64,000 nucleotides of DNA from Rhynchopus sp. YZ270_cl-10 (lineage: Eukaryota): assembly GCA_964035575.1 (NCBI GenBank), contig OZ037838.1:1178001-1242000 (forward strand), written 5' to 3'. The position numbers and the translations under genes were made by a program. The stretch's first letter is position 1. Each line of letters begins with the position of its first letter. Shown here piece after piece: positions 33,020 through 45,069 of this stretch. Below the pieces are notes generated by a model. That model was not told the origin of the DNA and did not search any database. It saw only the letters and a list, made by a program, of their open reading frames with translations.

Positions 33020-34400
33020 ATGGGATGTGGGTCCAGTGTGACGGTAGACGGTGATGGTGCGAACACAGCCCCGTCGGGGCAAGCCTCAGACGGTCTCACA
33101 CCCGTTCCCAACGCTGGGTTAAAGTATGTTTTGCAAAGTGTCTTTAAAGTGTAGTTGTTTTCATCCAATATTTGTTTTATCTAGCACTCTACAACAGAAA
33201 CAACCTAGTGAAGCTCATCCTCGGGTGTCTCGCTACAACCAGCATTTCAAAAAAAAACCCCTGAACAGCACCTTTGAGAGCTTTTTTGGGGCTTATCTCT
33301 CTTATAAAATGTTTCTCTTTTTTCTTTCTTTCTGCACAGAGTGCTTCCGAACATGAATGAGCTGCTACAGGGTGCCCGCGTGCCTCAGGCAGACTGCATT
33401 ATACCCCTGCTCTACCTCGGCAACGTCTCGCACGCACGCGACAAGGAAAAGCTCCAGGCGCTTGGCATTCAACGAGTATGTGTCAAAAAGGGGGGATAAT
33501 CATACACGACCCTTTGAAATGGTCAGATGTACCCGAAAAATAAGTTCGTTATTGGTCCATATTATAACCATATAATAGGCCAGTTGACGTCAGGGGTCAG
33601 TTTAGGAAATTTGTCTATTTTTTCTGGGAAATCGTGTCCCATACCCTCTCATACCCTCCCACACCGCGACGTCAGCTGGCCTATTATAACACAACTCGAA
33701 TAACACATACCACTCCCCATCATCACAGATAGTTAATGTAACAAGCCAGCCTGCTTCGTTTCCTTCGCTGTTTAAGTACGAGAACTGCCCGGTGGAGGAC
33801 TTGCAGGGTGCGAACATTGCACAGCACCTGAAAGAGGCGGGGCAGTTCATCGCGGATGGGATCGATGCGGGGGAGACCGTCTTCGTACACTGCGAGATGG
33901 GCATGAGCCGAAGCACCACCATCGTTGCCGCATACTTGATGGTGCATAAAGGGTGGAGCCTCCGCCGCGCCATCCTGCAGACCAAGCTTGCCCGCCCTAT
34001 TGTTCGCGTCACTAAATCGTTTTTGCATGAACTCATGGAGATCGAGGCACAGCTGGTACGATCAAAGTCATTGGACCTTGCGCTTCTCATCGAAGAAGGG
34101 ATGGAGGACGTTGCAACGGGGGCGGATGAATTCAGCCTCACCTCAAACGTGCTTCAGCTGCTCTTCTTTCCCACCCCAGAGGTTGTTGAGGGACAGCTGC
34201 GGGCCATCGGGCTATACACACCAGAGTGGAGTACGTTCAAGGAAAAGTTCTTCTGTGGTGTCGACATGGCGACTCTCGAATCGCAACGGCCGGCGCCCCT
34301 CAACGAAATCACCGAGGCTCTAGAAGCAGGCTCACGCACCAAGGCGGTGTGCAAAAACCTTCTTCAGAAGTACCCCTCAGTTTCACCCTTTGTCAAATAG
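33020..34400 (+). CDS. Dual-specificity protein phosphatase. Exons 33020-33123, 33340-33475, 33729-34400
   Basis: Spliced frame reads MGCGSSVTVD...GLK|VLPNM...LYLGNVSHARDKEKLQALGIQR|IVNVT...VHCEMGMSRSTTIVAAYLM, with an intact HCxxGxSRS. Both introns are GTATGT..CAG with matching phases. Confidence 0.85.
33576..33683. mobile_element. Mini-MITE in phosphatase intron 2, a deletion derivative of the 35948-36908 family
   Basis: TIRs TAGGCCAGTTGACGTC / GACGTCAGCTGGCCTA. Shares TTTTCTGGGAAATC and CCCATACCCT units with the larger element. Confidence 0.7.
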
Positions 34401-35947
34401 TAGCACGGCGGTCATGCGTGAAAAAAGTGATGTGTTTATATGTTATCAATTATTCAATTTATTCAAAGAAAAGAACGAAAAAAAAAAAGTAGTGGCACCC
34501 TCATGTGTGGTGGTGATTTTGATGTATTTTATTCAGCGTTTTCCCCTCTTTTTCATTTTTGTATTTCTGATGGCCAAAAAAAAAATACACAAAGGCATGA
34601 CCACCATAAGAAAGAAGGGGATGAGGGGGTAGAGGGGGGGTCAAAGGGGGGATCTTGCACTTTTCTTCAGGGTTCGCATATCTACGCACAGCGCAGTGTC
34701 CTACCCCTCAAGACACTACCCAAAAAACCCACCCGGAAAACGTCCGGTTTTCGGGACTTCTGTGGTTCTGAGAATTTAAATGGAAAAAATGGGATTTGTT
34801 GGTTGAGTTTTTTTGGGTGCAGTGACCCTCCCCTCCCTAAGCCCATGGGCCTAAGGGGGGATGGGGTATGAGCCCTTTTTATCTGTTATGGTATTAGTAT
34901 TTGGTTGTGCGTTCATTTTTTTTTTAGTCACATGAGTGGTCATAGGAGTACTATGTCACATCCAGTAGTCACATGTGTGCCGTATTTTTCCATACTTACA
35001 CTTTTCAAACCTCTCATTTTAGCTCTTTTTTTTTACGCACACTACTTTGTGAGCGGAAAGTGTCACGTCGTTCACTCACCCAACCGTGCTCCGCAACACC
35101 ACCACCCAACAGGTGATTTTTAGTGTGTGTGGAAGCGTCAACGCATCAAACAACCACAAGAAGGGGGGTGAGGGAACGACAAGTGACACTTTTGGGGGCA
35201 GTTCTGTGTTCAGATTAGTATCGGGCATGCCCCAATTTGTTAGGCAAACATTAGTACAAGGGGTTGGTGTGGCTGAAGGGTGATTCGCACTTTTTCCCGC
35301 ACTTTTGCGCCTCCTCATTCAGCCACACCAAAGGTTCAACCTATTTATTTTGCTTTCTGGGGGTTTCCATAACCCGCGAAGAACGTGCCTGCGTCCATTG
35401 TGCGGTGAGGTGTTTTGCTCTTTGACTTCTTTCCTTTGGACCTCTGATTCGAGTCGTCTGAGAAGCGCCTCTTTCGTAAATGGGAAGAGCTTAGTCTGTT
35501 TTCACACCATTTTTTTTTTTTTTGATCATTTATGCAAGGAAACAGTTTATTTTTCCCCTTTCACATTTTTACAACAAGAAATATTTAAAAAAAAGATGGG
35601 TTGTTGTTGTTTTTTATACACTTCCCTAATGCTTTCAAATTTTATTTGAAAGTATATGAATTTGTTTGATCATCACTGCATCATAGGCATCAAAAGGTCT
35701 TGCAGGAGTTATGTGTCGAGTGCATTACAACGAGGCCTCGCTAGGGCCGGCTCAGGCGTGGCTGAGGGGTACTTAAACGCAAGTAGTCCCCAGCACTCCT
35801 CAGCCACGCCTGAAGAAAGTGGTAGCCACGAAGCGAGAATGGAAGGGGCGGCTGCGTGCAGATCACACGAAATAAGCGAGGTGACGACACGACTGTCAAT
35901 TTATCAAAGAAGAAGAAATGTTGTGAAAAATGCCTCAACTCCTGAGT

Positions 35948-36908
35948 TAGGCTAGTTGACGCCACGGGTCGGTTTAGGAATTTTCTGGGAAATCCTGTTC
36001 CGTACCATCCCGTACCGCCCTCGAACGCTCCCGAATCCCCCCATACCGTCCCATACCCTCCCATACCCTCCCGTACCCTCCCATACTGTCCCATACCGTC
36101 CCATACCGTCCCGTACCGTCCCCCTAATCGGTGTGGGAGTTGCTCTCTTTTGCGTGCGAATTGTACACGAGAACTGCAAACCGGGCCGGTCTGGGTTTGA
36201 GGTATACGGAAAGGCCATAATTTGTGAATTTGCAGCTGGACGACGGCAAATTGACCCCACCACAGCGCGGACAGATTCCAGAAATGCCAATCGCGGTATG
36301 TTTTGGGGCTGAAAAATTTTCACCTGAAAATTTTTTTCAGCAGCATTTTTTGGCCGAAAATGGGCCCCAGTTATTAGTGACTGGGCTCATATTTTCAAAA
36401 ATTTAAGTGGTAAAAAAATTGTCCAATTTTCGACATCGACCCCACCACTTTCTGGACGGATTCCGGAAATGCCAAAAAACTGTGTTTTGGGTCACCCGTT
36501 TTTGGGGCCCCTGAGGCGATTTTATATAAAAAACCCACAGGATCACCCTGTTCCCACAACTTTTTTGTCAACTTTTTTTCAGGAAAAACTTTTTTTTTTG
36601 CGCGCGCGCACATTTTTTTTTCAGGGTCAGCGAGCGGGAAACGAAAAAAAAGTCGAGCTACCCTAAGTGCATGCACGACCCCCAAACCACTCCCAAACCT
36701 CCAAAAATCCTCCCATACCACTCCCATACCCTCCCATACCACTCCCATACCGTCCCATACTGTCCCATACCCACCCAAATCCTCCCACACTGTCCCATAC
36801 CGTCCCATACCGTCCCATACAGTCCCATACTGTCCCATACCCTCCCATACCGTCCCATACTGTCCCATACCCTCCCATACCCGAATGTCCGTGACGTCAA
36901 CTAGCCTA
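35948..36908. mobile_element. Non-autonomous TIR element with 10-bp CCCATACCGT/CCCATACCCT subterminal arrays
   Basis: TGAGT|TAGGCTAGTTGACG...CGTCAACTAGCCTA|TGAGT, a 5-bp TSD. Confidence 0.85.
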
Positions 36909-37313
36909 TGAGTTAGGTATTTTTTGAGGTACAGTCACGACAAAAGTAAATGACTTGGGTTGTGATTTTACTTGCAAACCTGCCCATTCTCGACCAACAA
37001 TTTTATTTGTGAAAGGGTTTGCTTATGTATCCTCAAACATGGACGTATATCGCAAAGAAATGCTAGCGTCGTAACGTTTTCTGCTGAGCAACTACCCGCC
37101 TCAATGCTCTCTTTTGTAGTGTGTTCAGTGTCGCATAGCCTCGTGGTGGGGATGTTCCACAACAGTCAAACAAACCTAAGCCCCTCCCAGACCCCAAGGT
37201 TACCTTAATTTTTACCACCTGTGCCCACCTCACCGCTTTGTTGATCGCATCCATCCTCGCCGTACTTCAGGAATAAACACTTTTTTGGGTGGGTTGCAGT
37301 GCAAAATAAAACA

Positions 37314-38378
37314 ATGGATGTGACCTTTGTGCTGGAAGAGTCAGGCGTGACTGCGACAGTGGAGGTGTCGTGCGAGGCGGACGCTGCAGCGGCAAAGGAG
37401 GTTGCGTGCACGGCGCTTGCTGTCTCGCCTGCGTCTGTCGAGATGCGCATCGGCACGCAGGTGCTGGAGGGGACGTGCCGTCTGCAGGACACTGCGTTTG
37501 ATTCAGGGGTGCAGGTTGTGCTTGCCCGCCGCTTTGCCGATATCAAGTGTCCTGCTGAGTGCACTCAGTATGTACAACTCTTGTCACTCTCGCGTTGTGG
37601 AACACTCTGTCTCGCAATTTATGGTAGGGACGTTGTTGGATTCGACACAGAAACATTGCTCACTGTCTTCGCGTTCACAGACCGACATGTTTCCGGCCCG
37701 CCAGCGATCTTGGATTGCAAGACACGTTGCTACCTGGCGTGTGGGGATCACTTACGCAAGGTTGCGCTTCCGGGTGGGGAGGTGCTCCGCAAAGTCGATG
37801 GAACTTCGTACTCGGTGTCCGCATGTGGCGGTGTTGTTGTCTCCAAAGGCAACGACGGTGTCTCTGTGTATGACGAAGACCTGACGTTGCTCCGCACTAT
37901 CTCGTACAAAGGGTGTGTGAGTGTGGCAGTGTCGGACTGTGGTGGGTGGGTGATCACTGGCTCCTACAGTGAGAAGAAGGCACGTCTGTGGGATGTGAAC
38001 ACAGGTGAAGCTGTTGTATGTGTGCCTGTGGCGGGAGACTGCGAAGTGGCGCTTTCACGGTCTGCCTCTGCCTTTGCTGTGGGGGGCGGAAGAAGCGTAC
38101 AGCTCTATGATTGGAGTGGTAATGCTCTTCGCACTGTTGATGTGGGTGGACATGTCGACGACATGCACTTCACACCATGTGGGAAGTACCTTGTGGTTAA
38201 TATGTTCAATCGCTCAAGTGCAATGCTGCAACAGTACGATGTGGCGACCCTTTCCTGTGTGCATGTACTCACGGAAATAGGACGTAACAAGTTTGTGATA
38301 TCGCCCTGTTCTCGTGTCGTTGTGTTTCCGTCCGAAAACTGCAAAAACATTGTGACACGCCACCTGTACCCAGAATAG
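37314..38378 (+). CDS. Ubl-WD40 propeller family, copy 8 (orphan)
   Basis: Intact ORF from MDVTFVLEESG to VTRHLYPE*, the shortest member. Confidence 0.85.
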   Translation: MDVTFVLEESGVTATVEVSCEADAAAAKEVACTALAVSPASVEMRIGTQVLEGTCRLQDTAFDSGVQVVLARRFADIKCPAECTQYVQLLSLSRCGTLCLAIYGRDVVGFDTETLLTVFAFTDRHVSGPPAILDCKTRCYLACGDHLRKVALPGGEVLRKVDGTSYSVSACGGVVVSKGNDGVSVYDEDLTLLRTISYKGCVSVAVSDCGGWVITGSYSEKKARLWDVNTGEAVVCVPVAGDCEVALSRSASAFAVGGGRSVQLYDWSGNALRTVDVGGHVDDMHFTPCGKYLVVNMFNRSSAMLQQYDVATLSCVHVLTEIGRNKFVISPCSRVVVFPSENCKNIVTRHLYPE

Positions 38379-39243
38379 TTGGTGCCTGCGTGTGACGCTA
38401 GCCCTGCGCCACCAGAGTCGTCCACACCAGGAGCTCTTCTTCGTCTTTGCGGAGCAAGAGAACGACGTCCAGCTCCATGATTGCTGCTAGTTGGACAAGC
38501 TAGGAATGCAGCTGCAAAATGTAGTTCACGCCGAGTAAGAAGCACGTTGAGGATACTTTTGCGAAGAGCTATTGAGAGCTTGGCACCATGTGAAATGGGT
38601 GTGGTGACTTGCCCGTGGAGACGGAAGAACTGGTATCGTCAACAGAAGCCTGCGTCTTGCCACCACACCTATCCAGTGATGGCAGATCTGCATCCACGAG
38701 CAAGACACCGCAGACCACCTTGTCGCAGCCGAACACCACATCGCCTCCCGCCAGGCCGCCCTCGTCGCCCTCCACACAGAGATGTGCGCCATGGTGAGAC
38801 CCATTCATGTCCTCACTGCCGTTCATTTTTATCTCGTACCCCAGAACTTCGACCCCAACCCAAAACAACTACCCCCAGCCCTCATCCCCTCTTTCCACGT
38901 GTCTATCCTCTCACTCCTTCAGCTAGCTGGACACATCACTTGTACACATGGGCATGTTCGTGAAGAAGTTTTGCTCCCTCACTCGACCGTGGATTTCCAA
39001 GGGAAGAACTAGTCCTTGATTGATCTTCTCAGTAACTAGCGCAATGCTACCTGAGTTAAAGGTGAAACTCCAACAGTTCCGCTCAGGTTTATTGAAGGCA
39101 TGTGCTGAAATGCTTTGCACCTCTTCATGGACGGCACCCTCTTCGCCTGAAACGTATCGTGCATAGCGTCATTGGCTTAAGGTCGTAGCACTCAATACTT
39201 AGCCTCTTTACCCCTCTCAAAAAACCTTTTTATTTTGCAGAAA

Positions 39244-39789
39244 ATGGAGACATTTACCTCGAAATGTTACAGCATTCTGACGTATGAGGGTGGTGTGCAG
39301 GATAGCGTCATTAACTATGCTGTGCTTGTGGTGACGTTGCTGCCTAGTGTACAGTACACGGCGTTGCTGCGCGGGAGGAGACAAATGCTTCCGCGTGGTG
39401 CGGTGTATGGGTGGCTGCCTGCGTGGTGGTGTGGTGTGGTGGTGTTTCTGTTTGTGTTCCAGGTGGCGCTGTGCTTTGCGGAAGACTGCTCCGGCATTAG
39501 TGTTGTCTGGAATGCACTGTGCGCGCATAACATTGTAGACCACCTGTGGGGCGGCGCGTTCGCACACCCCACTACCCGTAACCTGCTCCTCTTCAGCACC
39601 GCCACCACTGTTGCGACCAATCTTTACTACCTAAAAGTCGCGGAGCCAATCACAACTGTCGCGCATGTTTGTGCATTAGCCCTAGGCGGAGTTTGTGCTC
39701 TTACCGGTTGGGGAATATTTGGAAGGCGTCTTGTGGAGGAGGAGGAGGAGGAGGAGGAGGTAGAGGAGAAAAAGAAGAAGATCGCCTGA
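39244..39789 (+). CDS. Small multi-pass membrane protein of unknown function
   Basis: Several hydrophobic segments and an acidic tail ending KKKKIA* (KKxx-like ER retrieval motif). Confidence 0.6.
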   Translation: METFTSKCYSILTYEGGVQDSVINYAVLVVTLLPSVQYTALLRGRRQMLPRGAVYGWLPAWWCGVVVFLFVFQVALCFAEDCSGISVVWNALCAHNIVDHLWGGAFAHPTTRNLLLFSTATTVATNLYYLKVAEPITTVAHVCALALGGVCALTGWGIFGRRLVEEEEEEEEVEEKKKKIA

Positions 39790-40290
39790 TGACTCAGAGG
39801 GAAATGGAAAATAAAAAGCCTCACGAATATTCTGAAGGATTTTTTTTGTAGGGCGTGAAATTCATTTCTGGGTGGAGATGAAATAATAAAAAATATAGTG
39901 GGGCACACTCTAGGGTGGCTACACTAATACAACCAAGTTTTCAAAAAAATTAACGTTTAAAAGCAGACGGCGTAGATCTTTACCTTAAGTTTGGTGACAA
40001 CATTAAGGATCGTTGTCGGCATTTTTAAAAAAGCGGAGCTCATCCTCGGGATGTCTACACCAATACACACAAAAAAAAAAGCATTTTTTCCATAAACGCG
40101 ATACGAAATGGCACATCCTCTCTTGAAAGCTTTGTCAAAATAGTACAGCATAATATAGTTCTTTTCAACTCACGAAACCCTTTTGAAGCAGCAGGCCTGT
40201 TTTTCTTAAAGCTCCTCCTAAAAAGATTTTTCTCCTTTTCAATCTTACCCCTTTCCAGATTTTTTTTTCTTTTTGTTTTTTTTTGACAAC

Positions 40291-43200
40291 ATGGCGGAAC
40301 CTGCCGTGGACCAGAGAGGTCATTCCAATTCCAATACCAACGCGATGCTCGGCTTCTTAGAGCGAGGCGCTGTGGACACATCATCTTCCTCCTGCTCTTC
40401 TTCTTCTGTGCTTCGACAACGAAGGGCGCGAGCAACAAAACAGTACTGTGTTCGCTCGACACGCGACCGCCATTTGGTTCGCGAATTCTTTGAAGGACGA
40501 CTTCTCGGTGCTGGGGGAGCCGACGCGAAGCTGGAGGTTGGTAGCGGATACCTTCTCCTTCACCTGCTGGACCCCTCTGCAACGGACCCAACCCCTCGCT
40601 CCCCTCCTTGGTCCCCTACTAATGAATCTGTCATTTCACCGGTTGCTGGAAGCACGATGCGAGCCGCAATGTTCCCAGAAGCATCTCCCGAACCACCGCT
40701 CACCCCTCGATACAGCAGCCTGCTTACGAATGAGGACGCGGAGACTATTGCGAGGTTCAATGCGAAGTCGAGTGTTACGACCTCGAAATTGCTTTCTGAG
40801 GCGCAAAGGGTTTCGGATCAGTATTCTGCAGCGTTGCAGGAACGCAATGAAATGCGAAGGATCGAAGCTGCGTCGTCACCGTGCCGTTATGAAGTTGCAA
40901 ACAAACTGAGTCTTGCCAAAGAGGATCTATCCAATACACAAGCATTAACCCGACAGAAACAAATGGAAATCGCTGGAGGATACACCACAGCAAAGTTCAA
41001 ATCCTCCCTTTCCGCAGTAAAAAAGGTTATTGCTAATGAAGCTCCGACAGAAAATAACAACTTAACCATTCAAAATGACCCTCCCCCCGTTGAAAAGCGT
41101 GAAAGCAGTGTGGGAGAAAAGCAAAATATGCGGTCAATTTTTCATGCGGCGTCGCAGTTTAAGTATGCAGCATCTGAGACGATATGGAAGTTGCGTATTG
41201 AAAAGGCGGTGTTGGATGCAGTTGAGAAGACACGATCGGAGGAGGCAAAACGGAGTGCAGAAAATCCACATAATCAAGGAAAAGTCGATGCGCTTCGAAT
41301 CAAACTGCAAGACGCCTTGAACAACAATGCAGCGCAGGAGCAAACAATTCTTGACCACAAACGTCTGCATATTGCGTTACAAAGCAAGGTAGAAGCACTC
41401 CGCCAGGAGCTTTGGCCATTACAAGAACGCTGGCGTGCACAGCAACTCCACGATGTAGACGAAATGCAAAAACTCATCGCATTTTACGAAAGCGAGCGGG
41501 CCTACCTATATACAAAGGTTTTCAACCTCGAAGTCCCTCTTCAGGTCCCAGAACGGCGGATTAACCAACCAGAAACCGCTCTTAGCACCTCATCTGCCCC
41601 AGAGGCGAACCCTTCCTCAGAAGGGATTAGCAAGCAGATTCAGGCCTTAGCAAACAAATCTACCTTTGAAAAGCAGATAAAACGCGAAAAGCTTCGGTCC
41701 TCAAAGCTTACGATAAAGGTGATCACCAAGCTGCATTATATCACCACCCTTGAGATTCAGGGCATGAAAATGCATGATTTTGATGGCGGCGGGAAGAAAA
41801 AACCGAATACCAAGAATACTCTTAAGAAGGCTGTCACCCCCATCGAAGAACCTCCTCTCCTCAGTGAACCCCAAGCAGCCTTAGTTGAAGCAGAGCTGCA
41901 AGTAGTCGACGACGTCTGCGTGCAAAATATGCTAAAAGAAACTTCCTGGGAAGACGCTCCCACTACAACTCATAAAAAAGCTGTAAAAATGATGGTTCAA
42001 AAATGTATCAGTCTCCTCCCCAAGCCAGGAATGTACGGGCTTACCCCAGAATTTCGCAAAGACCGTGAAGATTGTATTGAAGGCCTCCGAAGCCCCCTCA
42101 AAATGCTGCATTCCGCAACCTCCCGCATCCAAGCCCAACTTGAGCAATCAAAAAAGGCGCTTCTTGAGAAGGAAGAAACCATCGTTGCGCTTCCCCCTAT
42201 TTCACAGCTACTACCTTCGGATATCGCCTTTTTTGCTTTATCTCGTGGAGATGAAAGCAATGCAACAGGGCTTCTATCTCAAGAGGAATATGACTCTGCA
42301 CAGATCGCAAAGAAAGCATTGACAGAGCTCTTACAAACTCGCCCTACAATCGAGAATTTGCGTGAGTACGTAGACCATCTGATCGCATGGAACACTGCAA
42401 CCACTACGGTAACCTCGCGCGCAGACTGCCCACGATGCAATGCTGCAAACGAACCGTCTGAATGCGTATCCTCAAAGGAAGAGGACATTCCACAACAGGA
42501 CCCTTCCCCGGCCACCCCAGCGACACCAGCGCCGGTAACTCCATCCCCTCGCCCACGGAGTATTAGCACAAGCAAACAACGCAAAAAATTTGACGAAAAG
42601 GTTGAAAAATGTGAAGACAATTCTGAACCCGAAATCGACTCCGATGACGATGATAACTACAATGATGATGACGACAGCCCGACCCCTCTCGACGAAGAAG
42701 TTGAGGATAACGACGATAACAACAATACCAAAGACACCAAACCACGCTCTTCTAAAGCAAAAAAGCGCCTCCAAGCGATGTTCGAAGAAGGCAAACCAGA
42801 CGACAAAAAATGGAAGAAATTGATGTCTGACATGAAACGCGAGGTGTCCGAAGCGATCTCTGCTGTCGAGCAACCTGGTCTGCAACTTCACCACACTGTC
42901 TTCGCTTTGACAAAAGCGCTGCGTAATATGCTCGAAATACCCGATTCCGCAGTCTTCGTTCCACGCACAAAGGTCAACCCAAAAGACAAAGAAAAACGCC
43001 TTGCCGTTCTCTTCAAACACGACAACGACACCCTCAAGGCGTATCTCAACTTCCTCACACGAGGTGACATCAAAACGTCCGTTCTCGCCTCCGCTCGCAA
43101 AGACGTCTTCGCCAAAACCCAAACCGCAGCCACTTCAGAACGCTTCGACACTGTCCTCCAAACCATGACCACCGTTCAACGCTACCTCCAACGTCAAGAA

Positions 43201-43905
43201 GACACCGTCGGGTCCGCCCTTCTCAAGGAGCTAGGAGCGCACCCGGAAACGCTCTTAGAACAGCTAACCAAAGGGGAGGACGACGAACGAATTAAACGCT
43301 GGGCGGAGAGGTTTGTGGAAGGACTCAAAGCATCCGAAAAAGCAGATGAGGAGCGAGAGCGGGAGCTCTCTCTCGGCGACAGACAGCAAGACAGCAAAGG
43401 GACAGAGGGGCAGGCATATCTCGAGATGGTCCAACGGCATGCAAAGCGATTCCACGAACGTCGTGGAAAAGGCAGTGCCAAAGAGAGTGTCGCACCCGAC
43501 GAGCCCACAACCGACCCCCCCGAGAAAGCACTACCGGAAAGCCCTAAGACCGAAACCACCATTCAGGAACAAACAACGCGCCTCAATATGCTGGCAAAGA
43601 AGGCAATGAGCATGTTCAAAGCGCAGTCGGACCCAAAAGATTTGACCCTGGGAGGTGCAGGGCTTGGGGGAGAACTGCCGCAGATTCGGAACCCTCCCGC
43701 TGAAGCTGCGCCTGCTCCGGCACCAAGCAGCAGTCTTGCGCGTGCCGTGAACGCATTGGGTAAAGGTGCGTTCAGTGCGGAAGAATCAATCAAACGACGT
43801 ACAAGAATCAACCAAATGCTGAAGCTCCCACGTCTTGATCACAAACCTTCGCGTGAAGACATCCAGAAGCTTACGATTGGAGGTTGTTCTGCTAATGGAA
43901 TGTAA
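40291..43905 (+). CDS. Hypothetical ~1200-aa coiled-coil protein
   Basis: Long uninterrupted ORF with charged heptad-rich segments and no recognised catalytic motif. Confidence 0.8.
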   Translation: MAEPAVDQRGHSNSNTNAMLGFLERGAVDTSSSSCSSSSVLRQRRARATKQYCVRSTRDRHLVREFFEGRLLGAGGADAKLEVGSGYLLLHLLDPSATDPTPRSPPWSPTNESVISPVAGSTMRAAMFPEASPEPPLTPRYSSLLTNEDAETIARFNAKSSVTTSKLLSEAQRVSDQYSAALQERNEMRRIEAASSPCRYEVANKLSLAKEDLSNTQALTRQKQMEIAGGYTTAKFKSSLSAVKKVIANEAPTENNNLTIQNDPPPVEKRESSVGEKQNMRSIFHAASQFKYAASETIWKLRIEKAVLDAVEKTRSEEAKRSAENPHNQGKVDALRIKLQDALNNNAAQEQTILDHKRLHIALQSKVEALRQELWPLQERWRAQQLHDVDEMQKLIAFYESERAYLYTKVFNLEVPLQVPERRINQPETALSTSSAPEANPSSEGISKQIQALANKSTFEKQIKREKLRSSKLTIKVITKLHYITTLEIQGMKMHDFDGGGKKKPNTKNTLKKAVTPIEEPPLLSEPQAALVEAELQVVDDVCVQNMLKETSWEDAPTTTHKKAVKMMVQKCISLLPKPGMYGLTPEFRKDREDCIEGLRSPLKMLHSATSRIQAQLEQSKKALLEKEETIVALPPISQLLPSDIAFFALSRGDESNATGLLSQEEYDSAQIAKKALTELLQTRPTIENLREYVDHLIAWNTATTTVTSRADCPRCNAANEPSECVSSKEEDIPQQDPSPATPATPAPVTPSPRPRSISTSKQRKKFDEKVEKCEDNSEPEIDSDDDDNYNDDDDSPTPLDEEVEDNDDNNNTKDTKPRSSKAKKRLQAMFEEGKPDDKKWKKLMSDMKREVSEAISAVEQPGLQLHHTVFALTKALRNMLEIPDSAVFVPRTKVNPKDKEKRLAVLFKHDNDTLKAYLNFLTRGDIKTSVLASARKDVFAKTQTAATSERFDTVLQTMTTVQRYLQRQEDTVGSALLKELGAHPETLLEQLTKGEDDERIKRWAERFVEGLKASEKADEERERELSLGDRQQDSKGTEGQAYLEMVQRHAKRFHERRGKGSAKESVAPDEPTTDPPEKALPESPKTETTIQEQTTRLNMLAKKAMSMFKAQSDPKDLTLGGAGLGGELPQIRNPPAEAAPAPAPSSSLARAVNALGKGAFSAEESIKRRTRINQMLKLPRLDHKPSREDIQKLTIGGCSANGM

Positions 43906-45069
43906 ACAAGGGGGAGGGGGGAGGTGTGGGAGGTGGGGGTTATGTGCATTGATGTCTTTAAATTCGATGGAAGGAAAAATAGAAGCGTTTTTCCGCGATT
44001 TTGTCTTACTCTCTGCTTTGTCGTGACAGAGCAGACGTCAACCGCGACCGCATGGGTTGGGGTTCAACCACATTGATACACTGAAAATACACGGTTCACG
44101 AGAGGGCTGTTGTATATTTCAAGTCAATTTTTTTGTCCAGGCACTTTACAGTGCATTTTTCTGCCTTTTCCCCCAATATTCCCTCTTTTCAGAGGAGAAA
44201 TTGGGTTGCGTTTTTTTGTATGCCTTATTGATTGATTGCTTATTTTGCCTGCCCTTTTTTTGTTTTTGTTTTTGTTTTTGTTTTTCTTTCAATTGACTGT
44301 TTCTGTTATTTGCGCCAACATCCTGCAAAGACGTCTGCACCCACATGTCCAGCAGCTTTATTACTCAAAATCTTTTGTAACTCACTACTTAGCTGTTATA
44401 GAGTTAGTACACCGCGCAATACACACGCCACGTTTTTTTTTTTTCTTTCTGCAATGGCCCCCTGCCATGGGTCATGACGAATTTAAAATTTTTTGGGATT
44501 TTTTGAGCTTTGTTCCCCCCCTTGGGAAATCCTCTTGACAAACTATCGGAATGTTTGCCAACGACTTGGTGCAGGCTCCGTTCTTGTCATATCACCACAG
44601 AACCCTTTTTTCTTCTTTGATGATTACACAACAAGAGGCCTAGGTTCAGATACTTCCCCCTTTTTTGTTCCCTCTCTCTCCTCTCTTTTGTACAAGACCA
44701 TCGGTTTCAAGACTTCGAAGAAAAAAAATTTCACCCCACCTCAATGTCTTCTTTTAAATTAACACCAACCTTTTCTCCAACTCTCCCAACCTCCACAGGA
44801 ATACCCCAACCCTAGCCCCCCCCTTTTATTTTGTTACAAAGAATGACTCAATCCTAACAAAAAGGACGCATTTTTTTCTCTCTTTTTCCTCATCTTTATT
44901 TTCTCTCTCCTCCCCTCAAGACAAAAACCTACCCTGCATTTTGTGTTAGTTTCTAGGTTGTTTAGTGTATCTTAACTATTCTTTTAGAGGTGACTACTAA
45001 GCACGAGAGGCCTAGGTTCATCTTATCAACTTTTCTTTTCTTTTTGTTTTCTCCTCATATTCCTCTTCA

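Noticed and set aside
36395..36904. Repetitive ORFs (MGQYGTVWEG...)
   Set aside because: Translations of the 10-bp subterminal repeats of a transposon.
38577..38924. AGCT target-site duplication around the detached spacer, suggesting the spacer is itself mobile
   Set aside because: Both AGCT copies can be explained as slightly diverged spacer sequence (GCTTTGGCACC, CCTTCAACT).
39244..39789. Rhomboid protease assignment from AHVCALALGG
   Set aside because: No GxSG catalytic motif is seen, so it is left as an unknown membrane protein.
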